Source: Octopus vulgaris (taxonomy: Eukaryota). From it: a stretch of 64,000 bases of DNA. Location of the stretch: positions 20,646,001-20,710,000 of the forward strand of contig OX597838.1 in the NCBI GenBank assembly GCA_951406725.2. The letters run 5' to 3'. The notes under the pieces were generated by a model. The model was not told where the DNA came from. It saw only the letters and a program-made list of their open reading frames with translations, and did no database searches. The translations under genes were made by a program, and so were the position numbers. Positions 11,846 through 26,740 of this stretch are shown in pieces (position 1 is the stretch's first letter; each line of letters opens with the position of its first letter).

Positions 11846-11922
11846 ATGACAGGCAAATTGTGTGTAGCAGTAGTTTGTTCCAGCAACCAGAACCGGAGTA
11901 TGGAAGCACATAGTTTTCTCAG
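11846..11922 (+). CDS. SSU72: SSU72 RNA polymerase II CTD phosphatase, first coding exon (77 nt, ends in phase 2)
   Basis: Manual translation from the ATG at 11846 gives [25 protein letters not shown] plus AG, followed by donor GTAATC at 11923. [13 protein letters not shown] is the diagnostic Ssu72 CX5R catalytic loop. A possible acceptor (ctcag, ending 11822) lies just upstream, so an untranslated exon may precede it. Confidence 0.97.
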
Positions 11923-11984
11923 GTAATCATATAGATAAAATAACTACAGCAAACTAAAAACGAAAATGTTGAAAATGTATTTGT

Positions 11985-12025
11985 GTATGTAATATGTATG
12001 TGTGTAATGTGTGTGTGTTTATAAA

Positions 12026-12056
<31 letters not shown>

Positions 12057-12114
12057 TGCATCTATAAACATACAGATGTGTGTGTGTGTATGTATATATA
12101 TATATATATGTATG

Positions 12115-12146
<32 letters not shown>

Positions 12147-12590
12147 TGTATGTATGTATGTATGATGTATATATATGTATGTATGATGTATATATATGTA
12201 TGTATGTATGTATGATGTATATATATGTATGTATATATGTATGATGTATATATATGTATGTATATATGTATGATGTATATATATATGTATGTATGATGTA
12301 TATATATATGTATGTATGATGTATATATATATGTATGTATGATGTATATATGTATGTATGATGTATATATATATGTATGTATGATGTATATATATATGTA
12401 TGTATGATGTATATATATATATGTATGTATGATGTATATATATGTATGTATATGTATGTGTATATGTATGTATATATATATATGTATGATGTATATATAT
12501 GTATGTATATATATATGTATGTGTATATGTATGTATATATATATGTATGTATATATATATATATACACATGTATGTATGTATATATACCA
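11985..12590. repeat. Compound (TA)n/(TATG)n microsatellite
   Basis: Direct inspection; it is the source of the spurious Y/I/H/T ORFs. Confidence 0.98.
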
Positions 12591-13562
12591 CACGTATGTT
12601 CGTTTTATTTACTGCTAATTCATTTTTTTGTCACGAATCTGTCTTTATATTGGTTAAATTTGGTGCTTATGATGGTCCAACGACTGAAACCATTAAAAAT
12701 AAAAGAAAATGGTGTTTGTCTTTGTCTTGAATTAATACTTTATAGTCCATGTACCAGAGTGTTAGGAATTTATCGTTTATATAAAAGGGTGATCTATTTT
12801 TGAAATTTTGTTTTAGGTGCATGGTTCTGCGGGATTTAAATAACGATAAGATTATTTCTTTCTTTCCACGTTTCTCAAAATCTTTCATAAATAAGATCCT
12901 ATTCGTTTATTATTATTATTATTATTATTTGCTAATGAATCTCGATTTTTACTTCTCACTCTCTTAATTCATACAGACAAAAAAAAAAAAAACAATTAAA
13001 AAATGGGTCAATGTTTACTTTAACACCCGGCCACCAAGCAAAAAAAAAAATAAAAGTGTAATAAGTGTAAAAAAAAATGTTTATTAAACGAATATGAAAA
13101 TAATAATTTGTGATAACGAACGGTGTGGGGAGAGGACTTTCGGAAATTTCACAAGATCCGATTTTTTTCCCCTCATAACTTTTAGGAAAATGGATATTTT
13201 TTATTGAAATTTTGTATAAATACATTTCAAACGGCATAGATTGCGATTATAAAAGAAATTTGTGGGGAATATTTTTGTTTTCGAGGGGGTGAGGAGAGGA
13301 TTTTCGAAGAGAAATTTATAAATTATTTTTTTGCTTGAGTGTAATGGGAAAAAAAAGTTTAAAAAAGAAAAAAATTAGATTAAAAAAAATTAGATTCATT
13401 TGAGTAATAGAAAAAGGTTTTTAAAAAGATCCCATGAATCATGGTGAGAGAAACAAATTCATAAATACGATGTTGAATGTGGTTTCCCTATGAGAAAAAA
13501 AGGTTAAGGGCGATTTAGCTCTGTTTTAGCACATCTCCACCGTTGGGATCTTTTGCATATAT

Positions 13563-13604
<42 letters not shown>

Positions 13605-13734
13605 TTCAAGCCGAACTTTGTACCACAAGTTTAGTGAATTCTCGTTGATGACACAACTACTCGAAACTTGGACCACCTTGTGTAATTTCAGTATTAAAAC
13701 GTGTCTGCGCGCACGCAAAACATAGTTGAAACAA

Positions 13735-13804
13735 GAATTGTTTTAAATTCTTGCATTTTGATGTGAATTGTTTTAAATTCTTGCATTTTGATGTGAATTG
13801 TTTT
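13735..13804. repeat. 30-bp tandem duplication
   Basis: GAATTGTTTTAAATTCTTGCATTTTGATGT occurs twice, plus a partial copy. Confidence 0.9.
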
Positions 13805-15977
13805 GTAAATATTATCATGGCCATTATTGTATGAGTAATTTTGTCTTCGTTGACACTGAAGAAGTCTATATGTTGCCACTTGGCTTTCTAGAAATAGCAG
13901 CTGAATTTGCTTCAAATTACACTGTCTGCAAAGTAGGGGTGGTGAGGAACCATCGAATAATTTGGTTCTGGAGACATTATTTCTCAATTCATGACTGAGT
14001 GGGTCACAGCTGAAATATTTAATTAGAGGTATATTTTACAAAAAATGTGTCTATGCGGTCATTCGACCTGCTAAAAAGAGCAGTGAAATCTCTCAAATCG
14101 AGCTCTGTCGTCGTAGTTCTTTCTTTATGGGCCCCTTTGATTCCTATTTCAACTCTGCTGGACACCCTCCCCCAATGCTAGCCTAAGTTTCCCGGGAAGA
14201 TAACTGGTAGACCTATATATTTTTTTATTTTGTTTCAGTCATTAGACTGCAGTCATGCTGGGGCACAACACCTTGAATTTTTAGTCGAACGAATCGACCT
14301 CGGTGTTTTTTTTTCTGAATCATGGTACTTATTCTGTCGGAGTCCTTTTGCCGAATCGCTAAGTTACAAGGTCGTAAACACAGCAACACCTATCGTCATG
14401 TAGTACTGAGGAACAGGTACATACACACATACACGACTGGCTTCTTTCAGTTTCCGTCGACCAGATCCACTCAAGGCTTTAGTCGGCCCGAGGCTATAGT
14501 AGAAGACACTTGCCCAAGGTGTCACGCAGTGGGACTGAACCCGGAACCATGTGGTTGGTAAGCAAGCTACTTACCACACAGCCACTCCTACGCCTATATA
14601 TTTTTTCATATGTATACATTTCCACACAAAGGTTAATAATACAAACTAGGTTATCTTTTTTTTCTTTTCTTTCTCAGTGACGCCATCTGATGTACCGTGT
14701 TAAAGTGGGACATTTTCAAAACGTATTTATGTTTATATAAACATTGATAAAATAGACAGGATGTCTAGTCATGAGTCGAACAAAGTTAAATCGGTTCTCG
14801 TTGTTGAAATTACCTCACCAGCACCTGCCATATCAATCACTTTTCTCTCCCAGATTGTCGCTTTTGATGACTTATATAATTTACATTAAGCTTTGTATAG
14901 TAGTTAATTGAAAATATTACAAAGGGTGCGATCCCTAAATTACAGTGGATGTCAACCATTTATTAACTATGGACCCCTTTGATTAGTATTTCATTCTGGT
15001 TCTCCCTTCCCCCTAGATATCTTTCGAAATTCCCATTTTGTTTATCACACATTCACTCGTGTAAGAGAAAGCAACTTGTTGCTTGCATTAAATACATATA
15101 AAGCTAAACTTTTTCATGGAACCCGTAAAATACCGATGTGAGCCCTAGTTACTAATTTGCTTGTGTGGATCTCGCAAAATCTTATATTGACCGCGAGTGA
15201 ATTTGCTTCTTACGTTTAAACTTAGTGGGTCCTTAACGTTTTTTTTTTGTAGCGCCTCCCTTTTAAGTAGCTGTTAAGCTTAGCACCCACATAAGTAGCG
15301 GGTGGGGTATCACGACTAAAGTAATTTAACATGGATGATAATTTTAAAATTTTACTCAAAAGTAGACTGTATAATCTTATTAATAATAATTAATAAAGAC
15401 AAGGTCTTATATGCCCCATTATTAGACCATTTTCCTTAGTCGTTTCACGCTGATCACTATAACCTTTAGGCTTATATAAATACCATATATATATATATAA
15501 GAGAGCGAGGTGGGGTATGAGCAACTTGTTCGTTTATTTAACATGCAAGTGGCTGAACACTCCGCCGCTAGTCACGTGTACCCTTAACGTAACTTTTTAA
15601 AAATATTACAGATAGTTTCCATCTAAACGGGTTTCCATAGTTTTATCCAGCCTGTTTTTTATTATCAGGCATCTGACTCGAACACCACACCACGGTAGTG
15701 GGTTTAAAATCCTTCACCCCGCCCAAGCATGTACACGAGAGAAAATACTTGTGAGGTGAAATGGGGACAAACCGTGACATTGGGGAGTGGGGGTGGTTCT
15801 TCAGTGAAATTTGTTTCGTAACATGGGCTTCTAAATACTGGTTTAGTTGTGTACTCTCTCGCTTACACACACGCACACCGAGTTTGACTCGGTTCTACAT
15901 AAGCTTTCCTGGGCTTACTAGGATGAACTCATACCAAAAATGTTGAGTGCCTTTTTCTTCCCTTTGTCCACTCGCTC

Positions 15978-16250
15978 CTATCTATCTGTCTACCTATCTA
16001 TCTATCCGTCTATCTATCTATCTATCTATCTATGTCTGTCTGTCTGTCTACCTATCTGTCTATCTATCTATCTATCTATCTGTCTACCTATCTATCTATC
16101 TGTCTGTCTGTCTATCTGTCTACCTATCTATCTGTCTACCTACCTATCTGTCTATATATCTATCTGTCTACCTACCTATCTGTCTACCTACCTATCTGTC
16201 TATCTATCTATCTATCTACATACATACATACATGTCTCTCTACCTACATA
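15978..16250. repeat. (CTAT)/(CTGT)/(CTAC) tetranucleotide microsatellite
   Basis: Direct inspection. Confidence 0.97.
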
Positions 16251-17370
16251 CGTGTCTGTCTACACATGTGTCTATCCTATCGTTTTTGTATTTAGCTTGC
16301 AAGATTCTTAATGTGAACTCGTGTACTGAAACGGGTTATTTTTGTATCTCTGGGGAGGGAGCGGTCATTAGTCTAATAAACATACGCATTGGTTCATTTT
16401 CGCTTTATTCACCCGTCAGTTGGTTAGTTACTCAACCAACTAATAAATTGTTTGCTCAATAGGTTAATCAGTCAATGTTTGACTATCCCATCAGTATATA
16501 AGTGCATGTAAGACGAATGTATATAATTTGAGAGGAATTTTAGCTGTTATTTTTAGCAGGAGCAATGAATGCTTTCATTCTGTCTTCATACACCACTAAG
16601 TCTTTCTGTTTGTATGTGTGTGTGTATTTATTATCTCCGCTTATTAGTCACTCTGAACAAATCCACCTGTTGTTGGGTTTTGTAGTGCAGTGTCTGATAT
16701 AGTCGTTAATATATCCTTTTTTGTTTCCAGTTAATAGCTTAGTATGTGTGTTCCAATATCCAGATGGTCGGGCTCTTATTATTTATTAGTAGGCTTGACT
16801 TGTGGTCAGTGCGGCGGAAGGACTTGCAGCTTCCTTGTAGGCGCCAGGAGTCGCATGAGACTTTACCAGCGATGTGGAGACAAAACTTGAGGTCTCTACA
16901 TTTTTAGACTGAAATGTGTCTATGAAGTGGTCTTACTCGGTCACGAGGAGACACATTCCTGTTCATAGAACATGACTACCGCTTTATTTTTCACCGTTGT
17001 TGTTCACAACGAGAGAATCCAACACACACACACACACACACACACAGAGACTTTCTCTCTCTTAGATTTGTAGAGCCATAATTAACCCTTTTTTTTTTTT
17101 TTTTTTTTTTTTCTCTTTCATTTTTCGACAGGGATTTCGCCATAAGAACATTTCGAAAATTCAATCCCCGCCCCAACTCTTTCTTTTTTGCTTGTTTGTC
17201 ATTTGACTGCGGCCATGCTGAAGCACCGCATTTAGTCGAACAAATCGACCTCAGGACTTATTCTTTGTAAGCCTAGTACTTATTATATCGGTTTCTTTTG
17301 CCGAACTGCTAAGTGGTGGGGACGTAAACACTCCAGCATCGGTTGTGAAGCGGTGGTGGTGGGGAAATAC

Positions 17371-17404
<34 letters not shown>

Positions 17405-19145
17405 CACACACACAAACGACGGGCTTCTTCCAGTTTTTCGGCTACCAAATCTCCTCACAAGGCCTTGGTTGGCCTGAGGCTGTAGTAGAAGACACTTGTC
17501 CAAGGTGCCACACAGTGGGACTGAACCCACAAGGCCAGCAACTTCATGGGAAGGGTTAAGTCGATTACATCAAACCCTGTGTGCAATCCATACTTATTTT
17601 ATCAATCCCAAAGGGGATGAAAGACAAAGTTTACCTTGGGGGAATTTGAACTCAGAATGGGAAGATGGACAAAATGCCACTGAGCATTTTGACCGGCATG
17701 CTAACAATTCTTCAAATTTACCACCTTAACTGCAAAGAATATTGCTAACAGGATGATACTTATAAGAAAGTCTGCAAGTATTTGCTGGTAATAACTCTAA
17801 TAATGAGCGTAGCAAAAAATGTCAAAAGATGTTTATTTTGAGCTCACTTCCTACACCTAGTTGCACAAAATTGATGTGGTGTCATAAACGTCAATTAACT
17901 TTGCATAAGTTATTCACCCCATCAAGCAGATGTTAATAATGGCAAACTCTAAGAAAGAAGGTATTGTCCCTCATCCTCCCTCTAACTCTCATTCTACCTT
18001 CACCACTACCACCCCTCATACTATTAAGTCAGCACCTTTTGTGGCAAGAACGTATCCCATTACATTACAATTTTTGTTATTTATTCCCTTGTGTTTTATG
18101 TAGACATACTGTATATTTTTAGAAGTTTTTCATGCATGAATCTGATTGTGTACTGTTTGTTAAAAAAAAAAATCGGTCAGAATGTACTATCACTTTATTA
18201 ATGTCAATGGAAAATGAATTTCACTTCTGGGGATTTTACATCAATAACAAGTTTTCCAGAATTCCTCTTATGGTGCAGATGATTCCTCTATGTGTGTATG
18301 GAGGAGGAGACCCCCTTCAGTCATGAATGACCATGGGATTGCACCTAGAAAGTTACCCTCCCAGGCACAAGTTTGTGGAAGGCCAGCAGTTGCCCATGCA
18401 TACCACCCTCCACTCTCCATGCCACCAGTGTTATCCAAGGGAAAGGTAAAGGCTGATACAGCTTGGCACCAGTGATGTCGCAACTCATTTCTAAAGCTGA
18501 GTGATCTGGAGCAACATGAAATAAAGTGTCTTGCTCAAGAACACAACGCGCAGCCCCGGTCCAGGAATCAAACTCACAATCTCACAATTGTAAGCTCGAT
18601 GCTCCAACCACTGAACCATGCATGTGTATATATATATCCTCATCATTTGACATCTGCCTACCTTGCTGGCATGGATTCCATGATTTGGCAGGGGCTGGCC
18701 AAGTATACAAGCATCTCAGGCTACTGTCTGATTTGGCATGGTTTCTATGGCTGGATGCTCTTTCTAACATCAACCACCCTGTAGATTGGACTGAGTGCTT
18801 TTTACGTGGCACCAGCACATGTGAGGTTAGTTTTGGCATGGTTTTTAAAGCTGGATGCCCTTCCAAATGCCAACCACTTCACAGTGTTGGCTGGATGCTT
18901 TTTACTTGACACCAGCAGGGTCACCAAGTAACTTGCAAGACAGGGAATTTTGTATACATATGTATGTGTGTGTGTATTCACCATGATAGATGACTAGCCA
19001 CTACACATTCTTTATTTTCTCTCCTGTTTCTTTCTGTGGAAGAGCGTAGGCTCGAAACGTTAAAGACTTTCTCACTTCCCGAGCGTTATACTAATACATC
19101 TGTTGTCTACACCATCTGTCTTCATCTTTTTTTTTGTGAACTCTC

Positions 19146-19193
<48 letters not shown>

Positions 19194-20390
19194 ATCTATA
19201 TATATCCATTCCACACATTCCACTTCAGCCATGTAACCACACCAGTATTTTTCTCAGACTCTTCCTTCTCTCCAGACCTTTCCTCTTATGAAAAGCCATG
19301 CTTGAAATGTCACACCTCTTCTTTTTTCCATTGTAAACTGAATATCAACCTAATATGTTCTCTGAATATGTCCTTTTGACTTCTGTTGCTTTTGTATATA
19401 TTTTTTATTTGCCTATATATATATATATATATATATATAATTATATGCTCAATTGGTTTTTGTTGTCATCAGGTCTTTACTTATTGTTAATGTCTAGTGG
19501 TTTTCCTTGTTTATTGGTTACAGATTGTTCCTGTTTCTAGGTGGGATTAGTGTATTTATACAGTTTGTAGATATAGTTTAGCATAGTTTGATTGCCATAA
19601 AAGGTGAATATGAAGTGTGTTCGTGTGTATGTATTTATTATGTTCGTAAGACGATTGCTTTACAGTTACAGGATTTCGGATTTGGTTTCACTGCATTGCA
19701 CTTTAGGCAAATGTCTTCTATTATATCCATGGATTGACCAATTCCTTGCAGGTGAATTTGGTTGTTAGAAAATCTACAGGAGCCTATTGTGTGTGTCTCT
19801 GTTTGCTACCACTATTTGACAACTGGTGTTGGTTCGTCTATGTCCCTATAACTTCGAGGTTTGGCGAAAGATCCCAATAGATTAAGTACTGTGCTGTGGT
19901 TGATTTGTTTGGCTTAACCCTTGAATGTGGTGTCGCAACAATCTTGAAACAAGGAGGTAATGCATGATTAATTCAAAACAATGTGAATATATAAGCATTA
20001 CATTTGATGGAGTAACCTTAATGCTAAGGGGTTAACATTACATACAAACCCCTTTTTTCTTTGTGAATATAGTATATAAATTTATATATATTATTATGGA
20101 ACATTTAATTGTCCTAACCTTTTAGCATTCACATTATTCTGTGAAATTTAATGCTTATTCACCTTGTTTTGAACTAATGTAGCATTATCTTGTAACCATG
20201 AGATTTCAATGGTGTGACTGCTTATTTTTAGAATGACATTGTGGGGTAGGTGTGAGAGGCTGGATATGGCTGGTTTAGCTATTAAGAGATTAAGGCAAGA
20301 TGTTTTCAAGCCAATCCCATTTAACAACTGATTCATCATCTCGGATCAGATGTTGCCCAAAGTCCTCTTATTAGTTCCCATTATAAGTAA

Positions 20391-20601
20391 GAGCTGAAAA
20401 AGAAGTAATTTCTACTCTTCTCCTCTGGAAGCCATCTACTCGCGATACCAGAGGGCGCACACTCTCCTACCCTGATGTAATCTCCAGGGATACAGGCATC
20501 CAGCAACAGGACCTCCGTAATGCCATGAAGGACCGTGAAGTCTGGCGTAGCATGGTAAATTCCATTGTCTCGACCACGGTCGAACAATGATGATGATGAT
20601 G
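20391..20601 (+). mobile_element. Extreme 3' end of a second RTE-type LINE family with target-site duplication
   Basis: Translates ...LLLWKPSTRDTRGRTLSYPDVISRDTG...AMKDREVWRSMV...* followed by a (TGA)n tail. It is flanked by the direct repeat ATAAGTAA (20383-20390 and 20602-20609). Confidence 0.8.
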
Positions 20602-21719
20602 ATAAGTAATAAGCCAGGATACTTTTTTAAATCATTTGGCTGAGTCCAGAAATGAATAAACTGTTTACTTTGTTTTGTAGAGACTAACTTGTCTTTTCAA
20701 TGCCGATTCATTTTTGTTACAAATCTGAAACTGTTGAACATTTTTTCATGGAATAACTTTAGAATAGATTACCTTAGTTTTCCTATGAATCAAGATGTTC
20801 TGTAATGGCATGTGTGTGTGTGAAAACTGTATGGTTTCTTTTCTCTTCGTAAGAAGTGGTTTGGTGTGAATGAAACTTCTGTAAATGACGTAATTTGTTG
20901 ATAGAATGCAGTGCATATTATACAAGACACATTTGGGATACATAAACATTGCATTCTTCTGTACTTTTTAATGTAACTAATTTGATCAGGAAAACACAGG
21001 GACGATGGGTATGACATTTGTAAGCATTCACTTATTATATGTAGGTTAGATTGACCTAGTCTGAATCTGGCCAAGAGCTAGAGGTTGTGGTTGTGTGTGA
21101 ATTATTGTGCTTTATTCATTAGAATTGAGTCTCTTTCTGTATTGTTGGATATATATATCCGTGTGTGTGTATATATATATATAGACATACACACACATAC
21201 TTATATGAATATATATATGTATGTAAATATATACATACATATATAAACATATGTATGTATGTGTATAGTGTGTAAATAGGTATGTGCATATGTGTGTAAA
21301 GAATTCAGCTGGGTTTTTTATCTGCATATGTCCCAGTGGAGGGAGATAAAGTCACTTTTAAACTGTCCACTGAGGACTTAGCCCTTTCAAGTCCGCAGTC
21401 AGTCATTCCCTTGGAACAATGGTCCTATTTTATAGTGTGCTGTGACCATTTCATTTTAAAATTTATAAGAAGCATTAGGCTTAATTTTTATGCTTTCTAC
21501 AGTTCCCTCTCTTGTTCTCTCACCCTATCTCTCTCTCTCTCTCTCTCTGCATGTAAATATCTATATATTCTTATTCATTATGTAGAGAATAAAGGAATTC
21601 TTGGATGCAGGCTGGTTGTGTAGAGAGAAAATTGGGGAAATACACTTTTGAAAATGGGAAATGGTGGGCGAGCAAACCTCAACACTATTATAAGCTGATA
21701 TCCTCATCTTCTATTATTC

Positions 21720-21736
21720 ATATGTGCATATATATG

Positions 21737-21786
<50 letters not shown>

Positions 21787-23762
21787 TATATACAGGATGC
21801 TATGGGTAACTTGTTGCCATGTTATGAATGTATGTGCATATGTATGTATATACGTATGCATGTATGTACATGTGTATGTACGTATGTGTGTACGTATGCA
21901 TATATGTACATGTGTATGTACGTGGTTATGTATGTACCTACATGTATGTATATAAATGTATGTACACGTATATATATAAATATGTATATATGTATCCATA
22001 TATGTGTATATGTATGTATATATATATGTATATATGTATCCATATATGTGTATATGTATGTATATATATATGTATATATGTATCCATATGTGTATCTGTA
22101 TGTATATATATATGTATATATGTATCCATATATGTGTATATGTATGTATATATATATATGTATATATGTATCCATATATGTGTATATGTATGTATATATA
22201 TATATGTATATATGTATCCATATATGTGTATATATATGTATGTAAATATGTATGTACATGTATATATGTATGTAAATATGTATGTACATATATGTATGTA
22301 CATGTGTGTGCATAAATATATGTATGCACGTACATTTGTGCATATATGCATGTTTATGCTTATGTATATTCACACATGTACATATGTATTTATGTACATA
22401 GTTGTTTGTAAATATATATGTATTTCATGAATGAGAGATAGATGGAAATTGCAAGAATCTTTGTTGATCATTATACTCATTTCGGCCCAACTGGTGTAAA
22501 TTCCTCGCAGTTGGAATACATCAAAACTGATTTGGGTGTCTCCCTCTGTGTAGATGTTTCTCCTCAGGTGATTTCAAGATTGGTTTCATTAAAATTATCT
22601 CAGTTTTGTACAACTTATTACTGCATAGCGACATTGGACAGATATGTTTTGCACTTTTTTACAAGAAGAGAAAATTTTCTCCTTGGTAACTGCAGTGAAT
22701 TTGCCATTTAACTGTTGAAATGTCTCAAAAGCATATTTTAGTTAATATAAACTTTGCTTATGCCTAAACACTTCTTGGTGCTAATATTACTGTAATTGTT
22801 GTTTACTGGTGCAAATCAGTTGATGTTGATTGCATTTTATTTAGAGCTATCATTTTAATAAGGTCTGTGCAGAGTTGCTTCTCTTAGGTATTTCCCATTG
22901 ATACGGCTAGGGAGCTAGAAACATCAATGTCTGGGAATCCTGATAGATGGCGCAACACTGGACAGATACAACTTTTTATGCTGAGAAACTCTTCTCTATG
23001 GTAACTGCAGTTAATATGACTTTTAGCTGTTGAAATGTCACAAGCTTAACTAACCTAAACTATGTATGTAAATACATACATATATGTATGTATATATATA
23101 TGTACGTATATGGATCTATATGTATGTATATACATATATGTGTATACATGTATGTGTGTATACATGTGTGTATATACATGAATGTATACATGTATGTGTA
23201 TATACATGAATGTGTATGTATATGTATATATATATATGCGTATGTATATGTGTATGTATGTATATATATATATATATATATATATACGTATGTATGTATG
23301 TATATGTGTATGTATGTATGTATGTGTATATATGTATGTGTATATATGTATATATGTATGTGTATATATGTATGTGTGTATATATATATGTATGTGTGTA
23401 TATATATATGTATGTGTGTATATATATATGTATGTGTGTATATATGTATGTATATATGTGTGTATATATGTATGTATATATATACGTATATATATGTATG
23501 TATATATATACGTATATATATGTATCTATCTATATGTGTGTATATATGTATGTATATATATACGTATATATATGTATCTATCTATATGTATGTATGTATG
23601 TATATATATGTATATGTATGTATGTATGTATATGTATGTATGTATATATATGTATATATATGTATATGTATGTATGTATGTATATGTATGTATGTCTGTA
23701 TATGTATATGTATGTATGTATATATGTATGTATATATATGTATATGTATGTATATATGTATG

Positions 23763-23794
<32 letters not shown>

Positions 23795-23818
23795 TATATG
23801 TATGTATATATATATGTG

Positions 23819-23850
<32 letters not shown>

Positions 23851-25809
23851 TGTATATGTATGTATATATATATGTATATGTATGTATGTATATATATGTA
23901 TATGTATGTATGTATATGTATGTATATGTATATATATGTATATGTATGTATGTATATGTATGTATATGTATGTATGTATATGTATGTATATATATGTATA
24001 TGTATGTATTTATGTGTGTGTATGTATGTGTGTATGTATGTATATATATATGTGTGTATATGTATATATGTGTGTATGTATATGTATATATATATATGTG
24101 TGTATGTGTATATATATATGTGTGTATGTGTATATATATATGTGTGTATGTGTATATATATATGTGTGTATGTGTATATATATATGTGTGTATGTATATA
24201 TATATGTGTGTATGTATATATATATGTGTATGTATATATATATATATATGTGTATGTATATATATATATTTATGTGTATGTATATATATATATTTATGTG
24301 TATGTATATATAAATATGTGTATGTATGTATAAATATGTGTATGTATGTATAAATATGTGTATGTATATATAAATGTGTATGTATATATAAATATGTGTA
24401 TGTATATATAAATATATATGTGTATGTATATATAAATATGTATGTGTATGTATATCTGTATATATATGTGTATGTATATATGTATATATATGTGTATGTA
24501 TATATGTATATATATGTGTATGTATATATGTATATATATGTGTATGTATATATGTATATATATGTGTATGTATATATGTATATATATGTGTATGTATATA
24601 TGTGTATATATGTGTATGTATATATGTGTATATATATGTGTATGTATATATGTGTATATATATGTGCATGTATATATGTATATATATATGTGCATGTATA
24701 TATGTATATATATATGTGCATGTATATATGTATATATATATGTGCATGTATATATGTATATATATGTGTATGTATGTGTATGTATATATGTATATATATG
24801 TGTATGTATATATGTATATATATGTGTATGTATATATGTATATATATATATGTGTGTGTGTATATATGTATATATATATATGTGTGTGTGTATATATGTA
24901 TGTGTATATATGTGTGTATGTATATATGTATATATATATATGTGTGTGTGTATATATGTATGTGTATATATGTATGTATATATGTATGTGTATGTACATG
25001 TGTATGTATATATGTATGTGTATGTACATATGTATATATGTGTATGTATATATGTATGTGTATGTACATATGTATATATATCTGTGTATGTACATATGTA
25101 TATATATGTATGTGTATGTACATATGTATATATATGTATGTATACATATATGTATGTGTATGTACATATGTATATAATGTATGTATACATATATATATGT
25201 ATGTATGTGTAAGTATATATATATATGTATGTATGTGTAGGTATATATATATATGTATGTATGTGTATGTATATATATATATGTGTATTTATGTATATAT
25301 ATGTGTATTTATGTACAAATATGTATGTGTATGTATATATATATGTGTATGTATATATATATATATGTATGTGTATGTATATATATATATGTATGTATGT
25401 ATATATATATATGTATGTGTATGTATATGTATATATGTGTATATATGTATGTGTATTTATGTATATATATGTGTATTTATGTATATATATGTGTATTTAT
25501 GTATATATATGTGTATTTATGTACAAATATGTATGTGTATGTATATATATATGTATGTGTATGTATATATATGTATGTGTATGTATATGTATATATGTGT
25601 ATATATGTATGTATATGTATATATGTATGTATATATAAGTGTGTGTATATATGTAAGTGTATGTATATATGTGTATATATGTATATATATATATATACGT
25701 GTATGTATATGCATGTATGTATGTATATGTATTTATATATATACGTGTATGTATATGCATGTATGTATGTATATGTATTTATATATATACTAGAATAGAT
25801 ATGTATATG

Positions 25810-25840
<31 letters not shown>

Positions 25841-26507
25841 CCATTATTTAGCCCGCTTTCCATATGTGAAAAGTCTAATCTGTCTGCCCTTCCTAACGCC
25901 ATCCGTGAGACGTGCCATGGCATAGGTGCCGGACATGGCAACTGGCACGATCGGATTCCATTTAAACAGAGAAAATTCAAAAAACCTGTTACTCTGAGTT
26001 TCATTGCCGTGTTCGACAGAATAGAACCGATATGTGAATTCTGTCTGGATAGAATTCACATATCGGTTCATTCGAGCAAAAACTGTTCGAAAACGTAACA
26101 GGTTTTGTTGAATTTTCTGCTGCTTTAAATAAAGCATATTACTCTACCACTGGTATTTGAGTACTCTTTTTTCCACCTTGTTTCACATTTATGTGTTTAC
26201 TCCGGTATATATATATATATATATTATAAGTGTATGTATATGTATAAGTATGTATGTATATATGTGTATATGTATAAGTATGTATGTATGTATGTATATA
26301 TGTATATATGTATGTATATATGTATATATGTATGTATATGTGTATGTATGTATGTATATGTGTATGTATGTATGTATGTATATATATGTATGTATGTATA
26401 TACATATATGTATGTATATACATACATGTATGTATATACATACATGTATGTATATACATGTATGTATATACATACATGTATGTATATACATATATGTATG
26501 TATATAC

Positions 26508-26541
<34 letters not shown>

Positions 26542-26630
26542 GTATATGTATGTATGTATATATATATGTATGTATATATGTATGTATATATATATGTATG
26601 TATATATGTATATATATATATATATGTATG

Positions 26631-26664
<34 letters not shown>

Positions 26665-26694
26665 TGTATGTATGTATGTATGTATGTATGTATG

Positions 26695-26740
<46 letters not shown>

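Noticed and set aside
11689-11913. 74-aa ORF overlapping the first SSU72 coding exon
   Set aside because: It is the wrong frame; the real frame starts at ATG 11846.
15875-15895. Telomerase RNA, prompted by the P6.1-like hairpin CGAG-TTTGA-CTCG and a following ANANNA
   Set aside because: I found no CTAACCCT-type template upstream and no convincing enclosing P5/P4 stems.
16760-16990. RNase P, RNase MRP, U17, U3, 7SK or minor snRNA identity
   Set aside because: The diagnostic conserved boxes were not found by eye; it is kept only as an unassigned candidate.
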